The notes under the pieces are model-generated. The model was not told the origin of the DNA. It was given only the letters and a program-made list of their open reading frames with translations, and did not search any database. A stretch of DNA of 64,000 bases from an uncultured bacterium (lineage in GTDB: Bacteria > Krumholzibacteriota > Krumholzibacteriia > LZORAL124-64-63): NCBI GenBank assembly GCA_963727525.1, contig CAVSGO010000002.1, forward strand, positions 32,001-96,000. Reading direction: 5' to 3'. Numbering within the stretch: position 1 is the first letter of the stretch; each line of letters begins with the position of its first letter. Position numbers and translations under genes: made by a program. Below are positions 17,621 through 28,294 of the stretch, piece after piece.

Positions 17621-19720
17621 GTGGTGTCGGCAGCGCGCATCCTCGCGGTCGGTTTGGTCACCCTGCTGGGGCAGGTGGTCCTGCTGCGCGAGATGGGCGT
17701 GGTGGCCTTCGGCAGCGAGCTGGCCTACACCCTGGGCCTGGGCATCTGGCTGGTGGGCGCGGCCATCGGTGCGGGCCGTCGCACGACCAGCACGGGTCCG
17801 GGAGCTGCGTCGGCTCTGGTGGTGGCCGCCGGCTGGGCGGTGGTGCCGGCCGTGGTGCTGGCGCGGGGAATACGCCCGTTATTCGGCGCGGTGACGGGCG
17901 CGGATCTCGACCTCGCGCGACAGTTCGTCGGCCTCGCGCTCGTACTCGGGCCCGTCGGTTTTCTCGGCGGCGCGGCGTTCCGCGCCGTGGCGGCCGCGCG
18001 CGAGGCGCAAGGTGGGCTGCTGGCCCGTACGTACGCGCTGGAAAGCCTGGGCGCCGTGGTGGGAGGCCTCGTGGCCACGCTGTTGCCGGTGCTCGGCGTG
18101 CCCGGCCTGGGAGGTGCCTGGCTCGCGGCGCTGGCCGCGTCACTCGCCTGGCTGCCCGATCGTCGTACGCGCGGTCTCGTGCTGGCCGCAGTGGCGCTGC
18201 TCGGATTCGCGCTGGCACCCATCGCCGACATCGCGCTCACGCGCTGGACCCATCCTGCGTTGCTCGCCACGCGCGACACGCCGTATGGAAGGGTGACGAT
18301 CGATGGTCATGGCGACCAGGTGGCCGTGTTCATCGACGACGCCCTGGCGTACGAGAACCAGGGCACCGTGGCCGAGGAGTACGCCGCCCTCGTCGCGCTG
18401 CAGCGACCGCAACCGGGCAACGTACTCGTCATGGGTGGCTGGGTGGAGGGCCTGGCCGGCGAGATCGACGCCTACCGTCCGCGGCGGGTGGTATCGCTGG
18501 AGATCGACGGCGAACTGCTCGAACTCGCGGCCCCGTACCTGCCCAACCGCCCCGCGCCCGCCGATGTCGTGATCGGCGATCCGCGGCGGATCGTGGCGCG
18601 ACTCGGTCGCTTCGACCTCATCGTGTCCGCACTGCCCGAGCCTTCCACGGGCCAGGCCAATCGCAACACCACCGCCGAGTTCTTCTCACTCTGCGCGGCG
18701 GCCCTCGATAGTGGCGGCGTCTACGCGCTGCGTCTGCACACGGCCGAGAATCTCTGGACACCCCGCCAGGCACACCGCGCGGCAGCGATCGACGCCGCGT
18801 TGCGCACCGTCTTCACCGACGTGCTCGTGCTTCCAGGCACGGAGACGGTGTTCCTGGCGTCACGCGTTCCGCTCCAGCGCGATCCGGCCATACTCGCCAC
18901 GCGCCTGAGGGCCGCGCACCCAGCCACGAGACTCGTCAGTCCCGCCTGGCTCGACTGGCGCTACACCAACGACCGCACGCACCAGGTGGCAGACCTCTTG
19001 CATGACGCGCAGGTCCCTGCGAACCGCGACCGTCGCCCCACGTGCTACGCCGACACGCTGTTGCTCGACCTGGCGCGCTTCTTCCCCGGCCTCGGCTGGC
19101 GGGCGCCGCCGGCGGCGGGTCGCTGGCTCTGGCTCGCGCTCATCGTGCTGCTGGTGCCGGCCGTCCTGGCGCGGCGCAGCGCTGCGGGCCGCCGGACCTG
19201 GCTCGCGGCCTACGCCGGACTCGCCGGGTTGAGTCTGGAAATCGTTCTCATCCTGAACGATCAGACGGTGCGCGGGCTGCTTTACCGCGATCTGGGGCTG
19301 CTGCTCACGCTGTTCATGCTGGGACTGGCCGCGGGAGCGCGCCTCGGCGAGGCCTACGGCCGCCGGCCCGCCTCGCCCTGGCGGCGCCCCGGGCTCGTGG
19401 CCGCGGTGTCGCTGTGGAGCTTCCTGCTGGCTTTCGCTCTGCTGGCCGCGGAGGGCGGCCTCGTGGTAAGCGCCACCGAACTCGTTGTCACGGGTTTGCT
19501 TACGGGTTTGTTATTCGCGGCGGCGGCCGCACGCACGGGCAATCAGGTGGGGGGCGTGTATGCCGCGGACCTGATCGGCGGCGCCATCGGCTGCCTGCTC
19601 ACTTCCCTGTTCCTGGTGCCCTTCGCCGGCTTGCCGGCCGCGTGCGTCGCGGTGGCCGTGCTCGCGTTCGCCGCCGCCATGGCGGTGTGGCCCGGTTCTT
19701 ACGGACCTGGCACGTCGTGA
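17621..19720 (+). CDS. membrane-bound spermidine-synthase-like (Rossmann SAM-binding) protein
   Basis: Multiple TM segments at both ends (GQVVLLRE, YALESLG, YAADLIG). The central region has DTPYGRVT, VLVMGG, LEIDG, GDPR and FDLIV. Confidence 0.75.
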   Translation: MVSAARILAVGLVTLLGQVVLLREMGVVAFGSELAYTLGLGIWLVGAAIGAGRRTTSTGPGAASALVVAAGWAVVPAVVLARGIRPLFGAVTGADLDLARQFVGLALVLGPVGFLGGAAFRAVAAAREAQGGLLARTYALESLGAVVGGLVATLLPVLGVPGLGGAWLAALAASLAWLPDRRTRGLVLAAVALLGFALAPIADIALTRWTHPALLATRDTPYGRVTIDGHGDQVAVFIDDALAYENQGTVAEEYAALVALQRPQPGNVLVMGGWVEGLAGEIDAYRPRRVVSLEIDGELLELAAPYLPNRPAPADVVIGDPRRIVARLGRFDLIVSALPEPSTGQANRNTTAEFFSLCAAALDSGGVYALRLHTAENLWTPRQAHRAAAIDAALRTVFTDVLVLPGTETVFLASRVPLQRDPAILATRLRAAHPATRLVSPAWLDWRYTNDRTHQVADLLHDAQVPANRDRRPTCYADTLLLDLARFFPGLGWRAPPAAGRWLWLALIVLLVPAVLARRSAAGRRTWLAAYAGLAGLSLEIVLILNDQTVRGLLYRDLGLLLTLFMLGLAAGARLGEAYGRRPASPWRRPGLVAAVSLWSFLLAFALLAAEGGLVVSATELVVTGLLTGLLFAAAAARTGNQVGGVYAADLIGGAIGCLLTSLFLVPFAGLPAACVAVAVLAFAAAMAVWPGSYGPGTS

Positions 19721-19834
19721 CTTGTGCCTAAAGACCTGCCCATAGTCGACCGATCATACGTCTGAGCCAATCTCGATCGAGGATGCCGCAGCGACCGCGA
19801 TGGTGGTCGTCTGCAACGACGTCATATCACAAGG

Positions 19835-22800
19835 ATGCGGATGGTGAAGCGGGCGTTGACGAACCTGGCGATGGCCAATGGCGGGATCCGCCAAATCCCG
19901 ATCATCCTGTGTTGCCTGCTGACGTCGGTCACGTTCGCGCGAGCCGAGGTGGTCACGGGCACCTATGACGGCAATGGTGCGGCGCCGCGCACCGTTGGAG
20001 GCGTCGGCTTCCGCCCGGACGTCGTGATCATCAAGGGCGACAACTCGCAGTCGGCCGTGATCCGCACGTCGGCGATGCCCACGGACCGCACCAAACAGCT
20101 CGCTCAGGATGAGCCTCTCCTCAGTAACCGCATTCTCGACTTCACTGCCGACGGCTTCGTGGTCGGTTCAGACGCCGACGTGAACACGGGCGGCGTGCAA
20201 TACGCCTGGGTGGCGTTCTCGAACGACCCGGGCTCGATGGCCGTGGGGAGCTACCTCGGCATCGGCCTATCAAGCCGCGACGTGACGGGTCTGGGATTCG
20301 CCCCCGCCGTGGTGTTCGTCATCGGCGACAACAACCACCGGCCGCACTGGAAGAGTCTGGCGATGCCGGCCGGCGAGTCGATGGCATTCGACGATGAAGG
20401 GTTGCGTGGCGGCCTGATCACGGACCTCCTGACCGACGGATTCCATGTGGGTACCGACTCGTCTGTCAACGGCTTGTTCACGACCTACTTCTACGTCGCC
20501 TGGGGAGAGAGCCCCGGTAGCCTCGCGGTCGGCACATACGTCGGCAACGGAGCGAACAAGCAGGACGTCCACGGCATGGGTTTCACGCCGGAATGGGCTC
20601 TCGTGAAAGCCGGTGAGGGCCTGCCCGCGGTGCAGAAACCCAAGGCGCTGGGTGGCGACAAGTCGGGCTTCGTGACGCCCGAGGCCTTCTCGAACAACGC
20701 CCTCATGAAGGTCGAGGGCGATGGCATCGAGGTCGGCAACGACTACCGCGTCAACGAGCAGGGTCGCACCTACTACTACCTCGCCATCGAGGACAACCAT
20801 ACCCACCTGTGCGACCTGCAGGTCGGCCTGGCGGCCGATGATTCCACGCCCGCGGTGGGCGAGTCCGTGACCTTCACGGTCGATCTGCTCAACGACGGCC
20901 CCGACGATGCGACCGGCGTCGCATTGACGGTCGTTCTGCCGACAGGGCTCTCGTACGTGAGCAGCGCCCCCGCGGTCGGCACCTACGACGACGTGACCGG
21001 GATCTGGACCGTCGGCGACCTGCACAAGCACGTCGCGACGGAGCTCGCCGTGACCGCGCTGGTTGGCGCTGGCGCCGCCGGTCAGTCGCTGACCGCGACC
21101 GCCGGAGTGTCTGCGCTGGTCGAGAGCGACACCGATGGCAGCAACAACATGGCCGGGGCGAACGTGATCGTGCCGGGAGCGGATCTCGCCGTCACGCTCG
21201 TTGTCGACAACCCGACGCCGAACGAGGGCGAGCAGGTCCACTACACCGCGACCGTCAGCAACATCGGACCGGATGCCACAACCGGCGTGGCGCTCACGAT
21301 GACCTGGCCGGCCGGTCTCTCCTTCAACAGCGCGGCGGCCAGCGTCGGGCACTACAGTTCCGTCACGGGTATCTGGACACTCGGTGACCTGGCCGTGGGC
21401 GGCACCGAGACGCTCGTCATCACGGGCCGCGCCGGCAACGGCACGGCGGGGCAGACCCTGACCACCGCGGTCGCCGTCACCGCGAGCGATCTCGGCGACC
21501 CCGTGAACGCCAATGACGCGGCGAGCGTCGACGTGATCGTGAACGCCACGAGCAGCGACCTCGGGATGCTGCTCGCGGCGGACGACCCGCAACCAGACGT
21601 GGGGCAGACCGTGACCTTCACGGCCACGCTCACGAACGGCGGCCCCGATGACGATTCGGGCGTGGTTGCTTCGTTCACGCTGCCCGCCGGGTTGACGTAC
21701 GCGAGTCACAGCGTCGGCGCGGGCGCCTTCGACCCGGGCACGGGCACCTGGACCGTGGGCGGTCTGGTCGCTGGCGACGCCGTCACGCTCCTGGTCGATG
21801 CCACCGTCGATGCGGGCACCGGCGGGTCGACGCTCACGGCCACCGTGGCTGTCGCCGCTGCCGATCAGCCTGATCCGCAGGCCGCCAATGACACGGCCAG
21901 TACCAGCATCACCGTCACCAGCGCCGACCTCGCCATCACCCTCGGCGTCGACACGCCCAGTCCCAACCCGGGCGATCCGGTCACCTTCACCGTCACCCTG
22001 CACAACAACGGGCCGAGCGCGGCTACCAGCGTCGCGGCGGTGGTGGCGTTGCCACCGGAGTTGACCTTCGTGAGCAGCACCCCGGAGGCGGGCGCGTTCG
22101 ACAGCGGCACCGGCACGTGGTCCCTGCCGGCGATACCGGCCCACGGCACGACGACACTGCAGATCGCCACCAGCGCCGACGGCATGGTCGGCGGCGAGAA
22201 CCTGACGACGACCGCCACCATCACGGGCGCCGACCAGAGCGACCCGGTGACTGCCAACAACACGGTGAGTCTCGTGATCGGCGTCACCAGCGCCGATCTC
22301 GGGCTCGCGATCGCCTTCGACGACACCACGCCCGACGTGGGGCAAACGATCCTCGCCACCATCACCCTGGCCAACGCGGGACCGGACGACGTCACCGGTG
22401 CCGAGGTGGCCATGGCGCTACCGCCGGGGCTGACGCTGGCGGGCAATAATGTCTCGGCCGGCTCTTACGACCAGGCGACCGGAAGCTGGCACGTGGGCGA
22501 TCTCGCCGCAGGCGCCGGCGCCACTCTGGACTTGACGCTGGTGGTCGACGGCGACACCGCCGGCGCCACGCTCGGCATCAGCGCCAACGTCAGCAGTGCC
22601 GACCAGGGTGACCCCGCGGCGGCCAACAACGCTGTGAGCGGGAGCGTCGTCGTCACCGACAGCGATCTCGCCGTGAGCTTCACGGTCGACGACGCGCATC
22701 CCGACGAGGGGAACCATGTCGTCGGTAGGGTGGTCGTGACCAACCTCGGTCCCGACCTCGCCACGGGCGTGACCCTCGACGTGCCGATGCCCGCGGGCCT

Positions 22801-25800
22801 GGTCTTCGACTCGTACCTTGCGGACGACGGCACCTTCGGCGCCGATACCGGTGTCTGGGCCCCCGGCGCCATCGCCACCGGCGACAGCACGTGGCTCGCG
22901 GTGACGGCCGCCGTCGACACGGCCACGGCGGGCACCACGCTCACCTGGGCGGCCGCGGTGTCCGGCGCCACCCAGGGCGACAGCGAGGCGGCCAACGACA
23001 CGGCCAGCGTGGAGATCACGGTCACGGCCGTCGATCTCGCGGTGGGCCTCGGCGTCTCGGACGAGACTCCCGACGAGGGCCAGACGGTGACGTTCACGGT
23101 GAACGTGGCCAACAATGGCCCCGACCCGGCCTCCGGCGTGTCGCTCGACGTCACCATTCCCGCGGGCCTCACCATCACAAACCACTCGGCCGGCGCGGGG
23201 ATCTTCGACGAACTCACGGGACACTGGAACGTCGGCGGCATCGGCGCCCAGACCGGGCAACTCCTTCAGCTCACCGCCGCGGTCGACGCCGGAACGGCGG
23301 GCGATACCCTCATGGTCGCGGCCGCCGTGGCCGGGGTCCAGCAGGCCGATCTCGTCGCGGACAACGACACTGCGAGCGTCTCGCTCGTGGTGAATGCGGC
23401 CGATCTCGGCATCGCGCTCGGATTCAGCGACAGCACGCCAGTCGAGGGACAGACGATCACCGCCGCAGTTGTGGTGTCGAACGCCGGCCCGCAGCCGGCG
23501 ATGGGCATCGGCGCCCTGGTGGGGCTGCCGACCGGCCTCACCTATGCCAGTCACTCGGTGATCAATGGCGCCTTCGATCCCGACACCGGCCTCTGGAACC
23601 TGCCGGCGTTGCCGGTGGGTGGCTCCGCCGCATTGCTGCTCACCGTCACGGTGGATGCCGGTACGGCGGATACCCAGCTCATCTCCACGGCGCAGATCAC
23701 GGCTTCGAGCCAGGGAGACCCCGTTCCGGGAAACAACGCCGTCGCCACGCCGATCACGGTGGCGAACCCGCAGGCGGTGCAGGCCGAGATCCGACCCTTC
23801 AGCCAGACGCGTCGCCGCCTGCTGCCCGGCGGCGCGGTCGACGACGTGCTGCGCCTCGATCTCATCAACCCCTCGACCCAGGCGCTGCCACTGACGTCGG
23901 TCACGTTCACGAATCCGGTCACCGGCGCCGCGAACCAGACGGTCCAGGACGCCGCCTGGAGCGGCCTGGTGCTGTTCCACCGCGAGGCGCAGATCGCGGC
24001 GCCGGTGATCATGGGCGAGGAACCCGCGGCGGCGCAGTCGTTCGTGAACGGCACCACCACGTTCGCCGGACTCGACCTGAATATCGCCGCCGGCGACACG
24101 CTCCACCTGATCCTGCGTGGAGCCGCGTCTCTCGGCGCGCCGGATGCCCTCGAGCTAAGGCCGGAGGTGCAGGATGGCGACGCCTTCACCTTCTCGCGCG
24201 ATATCGCGGTGGAGGGATCCTGGCCCCTGACCGCCAACGGCGAGCTGGCGGTTGATGGCATGACGCGCGCCCAGATCACGGTGCACGAAGTCGCGAGCAC
24301 GGTGCTCCAGCTCGGCTCCATCAACAACGAGTCGATGGATGTGACGATCCCCGGCAACGGCGGCGAAGCCGATCAGCTCACCCGCATCAACGTGGAGAAT
24401 CTGGGCACGGCCGGCCTGATCACCGCCGCGCGCGCCCTGGCGGATGATGGCGATGGCGTCGTCGGTGCCGGCGACGCTCCCATCGCCGATTTGATCTGGA
24501 CCGGCGCCCGCTGGGAAGCCACGGGACTCGCGTGGCCGGTTCCGGCCACGGGTCTGCGCATCCTCGTGACCGTCGACATCGCCGGGGACGCCACCGGCGG
24601 CACGGTGCGCCTGAGCCTGCCGGCGGGCGACGACACGGGCATCGGCATGGCGAGCGGCAACGATGGCCCCATCGACGAGCCGGTGATCTCCAGCAACCAG
24701 ACCGTGAGCACCGTCGACCACGTCGTGGTGTCGACGGAGGCGATCGCGTCGCAGGTACTTGCACCCGGTCAGTCGGCCGTACCCTTGATGCACCTCTGGG
24801 CCACCAACCTGTACAGTGGCGTCGACCAGGAACTCAGGGGGCTGATCGTGCACAGCGACGTGCGCGGCCAGTCCGGTGCAAACCAGGCACAGCTCGATTC
24901 CGTCCTCGCTCAGCTCAACCTGCGTCGCGATGGCAACGGCGATGGCGTGCTCGGAAGCCTCGGCGACGATCCGATCATCGCGCAGGCAACGTTCTCCAAC
25001 GGAGTGGCCACCTTCCAAGGCATCGGCTGGAGCATCCCCGCCGATGGCGAGAGGCATCACCTCTTCCTCACCGGGGCCGTGTCGCTGCATCGCGCGGCCG
25101 ACGGCGACACGATCGCGGTCTCGGTCGCCCAGGGCGGCGACCTCGTATTCGTGCGGCCGGCGGCACTCGTGGGCAGTTGGCCGCTCGACAGCGGCGCACG
25201 CCATCGTGTCGACGGCATGGTGGCCCGTCAGATCGGGACCACCGACGTCCAGCCCGTGACACTCACGGCCGACGACGGGCCCGTGGCCGCGCTCGATGTC
25301 GTCATTCCGAGCAACGGCTATGCGTCCGACACGCTCACGCAACTCAACCTCGTCAACCGCGGCTCCGCCACCACTGCCGACATCGCCGCGCTCCAGCTCT
25401 GGGTCGACGACGGCGACGGCGTCTTCCTGCCCGGCAGCGACGCGATGGTCGCCACCATGGCGGGCGTGGATTCCACCTGGGTGGCGCCCAACCTCGCGCT
25501 CGCGGTGCCGGCCAGCGGACTGCACCTCTTCGCGGGCCTGACCGTGACATCGGCACCGTCCGATTCGGCCACGGTGCGCCTGCGCATCCCCGTGAACGGC
25601 GTGAGCATGGCGTCAGCCAATGACGGCCCCCGCGACGCCGCCGTTCTCAGCAACACCACGTTGCTCATCTCGACCGCACCGCTGCTGGCGAACCTCCAGG
25701 TGGCACCGGCACGCTCCACCGTGGGTCAGACCATCACCGTCACGATGAACGTGACCAACATCAGTGGCGAGGATGTCGCGGGCATCACGCCGTCGGGACT

Positions 25801-28294
25801 CGCGATCAGCGGCGACGGAAGCGCCAACCTCATGAGCGGGCCGCAGCCGGCGAGCCTCGATCTGGTTGCGGGGGATTCCGGGAGCTTCGTCTGGACCTAT
25901 GCCTCCATGGTCACCGGTGCGACCTATGTCACTGGCCGTTGCGAGGGCACTGGCGCCGGCGGTCAGATGCGCCGCTCGCTCGCCACCACCTCGGGCGCGC
26001 ACCTCATCTTGAATCCCGTCGGCGGCCTCGACGTCTACCCCGTGGCCAACATGCCCAATTCCATCAACCGCGGACAGACCGGCGTGGTACCACTGACACT
26101 CACGCTCGTCAACGCGGGCGACGAGACCACTGCCGACCTGCGCCTGGACCGTCTCGTGATCACGCTCGACGATGGGTCCGGAAATCCCGTGGTCCCGAAC
26201 GACCTGCTTTCCCGCGCCACGGTGAACGAGGGCGTGAATGTCTATTGCGACGACACCACTCTCGAGACCAGCGGCCAGACGGTGACCCTCGACCTCGACC
26301 CGCAGGTCATCGTGACGAGCCGCGAGCCGGTGACGCTGGGCCTGCGCCTGGACATCCGGACGAACCCTTCGGTGTCGGCGTTCCGCGTCATCCTCGCCGC
26401 GCCCACCGACTTCACGGCACACGACAACGTGAACGACGCCATCCTCGGCGTGGCGCTGCACAACGGCAGCTTCCCGTTCCCGTCGGGCGTGGGTCATCTC
26501 GTGGCGCAGGCTACTGGACTCACCGTCATGCGGCCGGACCAGGTTCCGCGCACCGCCGGCGTCGGCCAATCCGGGGTCGAGCTGCTGCGCCTCGAATTGC
26601 TGGGTGGCGGTGATCCCGACCTGCCGTCGGACGTGCAGATCAGCGCCTTCACCGTGTCACTCACCGACACGCTGGGACATCGCCTGGCCGACGCATCCGC
26701 GCATCTCCGGCGACTGGACGTGGTCGGCCCGCTGGCCGTCCATGCCCAGGCCATGCTCACCGACGCGGGCGACTCCGTCGTCACCTTCCAGCTCGTCCCG
26801 GCCATCTCCGTCCCCGTCGGTGACGTGGCCGTGCCGGTGACGATCATGGGGCTCACCGCGGACGACGCGACGCTCGGACCCATCCGGCTGCGTCTTGACG
26901 ACGCCGCGCTCTTCGCCGCGCACGACGGCAACGTGGGTGCGGCCGTGCCCGTGACCTATCAGCCCGCCGTGATCAGCGGGCCCGATGTCACCATCCAGGC
27001 ACCGGTCGTCACGGTCTCGGTGTCGGCAACACCACAGCTCCCGGCCTACCTCACCCCCGGCGCACGCGGCGTCCCCACGCTCACGGCTCACGTGAGTCAC
27101 ACCGGCAACGCCGGCGTGGGCGCCGCCGGCCTCGATACGCTCCGGCTGGTGTGCCTCGACGATCACCGGCAGGCCCTGGATCCCGCGGCGCTCTGCGACC
27201 GCCTGCGCGTGAGCTGGCGCGGCACGCCGTGCGCCGATCTGTCCCCGCCGTCGGCGTCGAACGGACTCGTACGGGTGCCGCTGAGCGGTGTGCTCATCGC
27301 CGCCGGCGAGACGGGCGATCTCGAGATCACACTGGACCTGGAGACCAACGTCCCGGCCGCCGGCTTCGAGATCGTGCTTCCGGACTCGGGCCTCGTGGGG
27401 CACGACACGAATCTCGTCACGCCGGTCACGATGCGTCCGGCCGCCGGAACCGCGCCTCCCTACAGTTCCGGCCTCGCGCACATCGTGTCCGCGGCCGAGG
27501 AACTGATCGTGGGCTTCACCGACCAGATGCCGCCGCTCGTGGCGGGCGACGGCAATGCCGTCACGATTGGCGCGCTGACGTTGACCAACACGGCCGTCGC
27601 GGGTTCGGGCAGCCTCGTGCTTGCCGGTCTCACGCTGCGTGGCGCGGACGACGCCGGACTCATTCGCGTGCTCGGCGGCGCTTGCGTCGAGTTCTCGGCC
27701 GGTGACGCGGCCGAGCCGTGGGCCGTGGTCAGCGACGTGGCGCTCACCGACTCCACGGTGGTGCTGACCGGAGCGACGCCGCTGGAGATCCCGGCCGCGA
27801 CCACGATCACGTTGCCACTGCGAGCCCGCTTCCGCGACGGCACGCAGGGTGGTCTGCGCCTGGGCTTCGCCGAGGGCGACGTCGAGGCCACCCAGCCCAA
27901 CGACGGGGCCGGGACGGTCCGGGTCCGTCCGGCGCCGGGCACGGCCTTTCCTTTCTGGACGGAGGCCGGTCACTTCAGCGATCTGAGCCTCGAGGCCAGC
28001 TACATCAACTTCCCGAATCCCTTCGCTGCCGGGCGGGAAGCCACCGCCTTCGCCTTCATGCTTGCGCACCCGGCCGACGTGAGCCTGCGCATCTACTCGG
28101 CAAGGGGCGATGGGGTCGTCACGTTGCTGAACAGCGTCGCGCTCCCGGCCGGCCTGCATCAGGACATCGCCTGGGACGGGCGCAACGGTCAGGGGCAGAC
28201 GGTGCGCAACGGCGTGTACCTCGCCGAGCTGAACGTGCGGTACGGCGACGGTGGACACGACCGTCTCCTGCGGAAAGTGGCGGTGGTGCGATGA
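19835..28294 (+). CDS. 2819-aa secreted adhesin-like protein with tandem DUF11 repeats and a C-terminal FlgD-Ig/T9SS-like domain
   Basis: Eight tandem repeats of the form DL.....D...P..G..VTFT....N.GPD.ATGV...W.VG.L...DP...N..AS. C-terminus NFPNPF...IYSARG...WDGRNGQGQTVRNGVYL. Confidence 0.9.
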   Translation: MRMVKRALTNLAMANGGIRQIPIILCCLLTSVTFARAEVVTGTYDGNGAAPRTVGGVGFRPDVVIIKGDNSQSAVIRTSAMPTDRTKQLAQDEPLLSNRILDFTADGFVVGSDADVNTGGVQYAWVAFSNDPGSMAVGSYLGIGLSSRDVTGLGFAPAVVFVIGDNNHRPHWKSLAMPAGESMAFDDEGLRGGLITDLLTDGFHVGTDSSVNGLFTTYFYVAWGESPGSLAVGTYVGNGANKQDVHGMGFTPEWALVKAGEGLPAVQKPKALGGDKSGFVTPEAFSNNALMKVEGDGIEVGNDYRVNEQGRTYYYLAIEDNHTHLCDLQVGLAADDSTPAVGESVTFTVDLLNDGPDDATGVALTVVLPTGLSYVSSAPAVGTYDDVTGIWTVGDLHKHVATELAVTALVGAGAAGQSLTATAGVSALVESDTDGSNNMAGANVIVPGADLAVTLVVDNPTPNEGEQVHYTATVSNIGPDATTGVALTMTWPAGLSFNSAAASVGHYSSVTGIWTLGDLAVGGTETLVITGRAGNGTAGQTLTTAVAVTASDLGDPVNANDAASVDVIVNATSSDLGMLLAADDPQPDVGQTVTFTATLTNGGPDDDSGVVASFTLPAGLTYASHSVGAGAFDPGTGTWTVGGLVAGDAVTLLVDATVDAGTGGSTLTATVAVAAADQPDPQAANDTASTSITVTSADLAITLGVDTPSPNPGDPVTFTVTLHNNGPSAATSVAAVVALPPELTFVSSTPEAGAFDSGTGTWSLPAIPAHGTTTLQIATSADGMVGGENLTTTATITGADQSDPVTANNTVSLVIGVTSADLGLAIAFDDTTPDVGQTILATITLANAGPDDVTGAEVAMALPPGLTLAGNNVSAGSYDQATGSWHVGDLAAGAGATLDLTLVVDGDTAGATLGISANVSSADQGDPAAANNAVSGSVVVTDSDLAVSFTVDDAHPDEGNHVVGRVVVTNLGPDLATGVTLDVPMPAGLVFDSYLADDGTFGADTGVWAPGAIATGDSTWLAVTAAVDTATAGTTLTWAAAVSGATQGDSEAANDTASVEITVTAVDLAVGLGVSDETPDEGQTVTFTVNVANNGPDPASGVSLDVTIPAGLTITNHSAGAGIFDELTGHWNVGGIGAQTGQLLQLTAAVDAGTAGDTLMVAAAVAGVQQADLVADNDTASVSLVVNAADLGIALGFSDSTPVEGQTITAAVVVSNAGPQPAMGIGALVGLPTGLTYASHSVINGAFDPDTGLWNLPALPVGGSAALLLTVTVDAGTADTQLISTAQITASSQGDPVPGNNAVATPITVANPQAVQAEIRPFSQTRRRLLPGGAVDDVLRLDLINPSTQALPLTSVTFTNPVTGAANQTVQDAAWSGLVLFHREAQIAAPVIMGEEPAAAQSFVNGTTTFAGLDLNIAAGDTLHLILRGAASLGAPDALELRPEVQDGDAFTFSRDIAVEGSWPLTANGELAVDGMTRAQITVHEVASTVLQLGSINNESMDVTIPGNGGEADQLTRINVENLGTAGLITAARALADDGDGVVGAGDAPIADLIWTGARWEATGLAWPVPATGLRILVTVDIAGDATGGTVRLSLPAGDDTGIGMASGNDGPIDEPVISSNQTVSTVDHVVVSTEAIASQVLAPGQSAVPLMHLWATNLYSGVDQELRGLIVHSDVRGQSGANQAQLDSVLAQLNLRRDGNGDGVLGSLGDDPIIAQATFSNGVATFQGIGWSIPADGERHHLFLTGAVSLHRAADGDTIAVSVAQGGDLVFVRPAALVGSWPLDSGARHRVDGMVARQIGTTDVQPVTLTADDGPVAALDVVIPSNGYASDTLTQLNLVNRGSATTADIAALQLWVDDGDGVFLPGSDAMVATMAGVDSTWVAPNLALAVPASGLHLFAGLTVTSAPSDSATVRLRIPVNGVSMASANDGPRDAAVLSNTTLLISTAPLLANLQVAPARSTVGQTITVTMNVTNISGEDVAGITPSGLAISGDGSANLMSGPQPASLDLVAGDSGSFVWTYASMVTGATYVTGRCEGTGAGGQMRRSLATTSGAHLILNPVGGLDVYPVANMPNSINRGQTGVVPLTLTLVNAGDETTADLRLDRLVITLDDGSGNPVVPNDLLSRATVNEGVNVYCDDTTLETSGQTVTLDLDPQVIVTSREPVTLGLRLDIRTNPSVSAFRVILAAPTDFTAHDNVNDAILGVALHNGSFPFPSGVGHLVAQATGLTVMRPDQVPRTAGVGQSGVELLRLELLGGGDPDLPSDVQISAFTVSLTDTLGHRLADASAHLRRLDVVGPLAVHAQAMLTDAGDSVVTFQLVPAISVPVGDVAVPVTIMGLTADDATLGPIRLRLDDAALFAAHDGNVGAAVPVTYQPAVISGPDVTIQAPVVTVSVSATPQLPAYLTPGARGVPTLTAHVSHTGNAGVGAAGLDTLRLVCLDDHRQALDPAALCDRLRVSWRGTPCADLSPPSASNGLVRVPLSGVLIAAGETGDLEITLDLETNVPAAGFEIVLPDSGLVGHDTNLVTPVTMRPAAGTAPPYSSGLAHIVSAAEELIVGFTDQMPPLVAGDGNAVTIGALTLTNTAVAGSGSLVLAGLTLRGADDAGLIRVLGGACVEFSAGDAAEPWAVVSDVALTDSTVVLTGATPLEIPAATTITLPLRARFRDGTQGGLRLGFAEGDVEATQPNDGAGTVRVRPAPGTAFPFWTEAGHFSDLSLEASYINFPNPFAAGREATAFAFMLAHPADVSLRIYSARGDGVVTLLNSVALPAGLHQDIAWDGRNGQGQTVRNGVYLAELNVRYGDGGHDRLLRKVAVVR
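20810..23762 (+). repeat. eight tandem DUF11-type Ig repeats of about 123 aa
   Basis: Repeats begin CDLQV, ADLAV, SDLGM, ADLAI, ADLGL, SDLAV, VDLAV and ADLGI. Confidence 0.85.
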
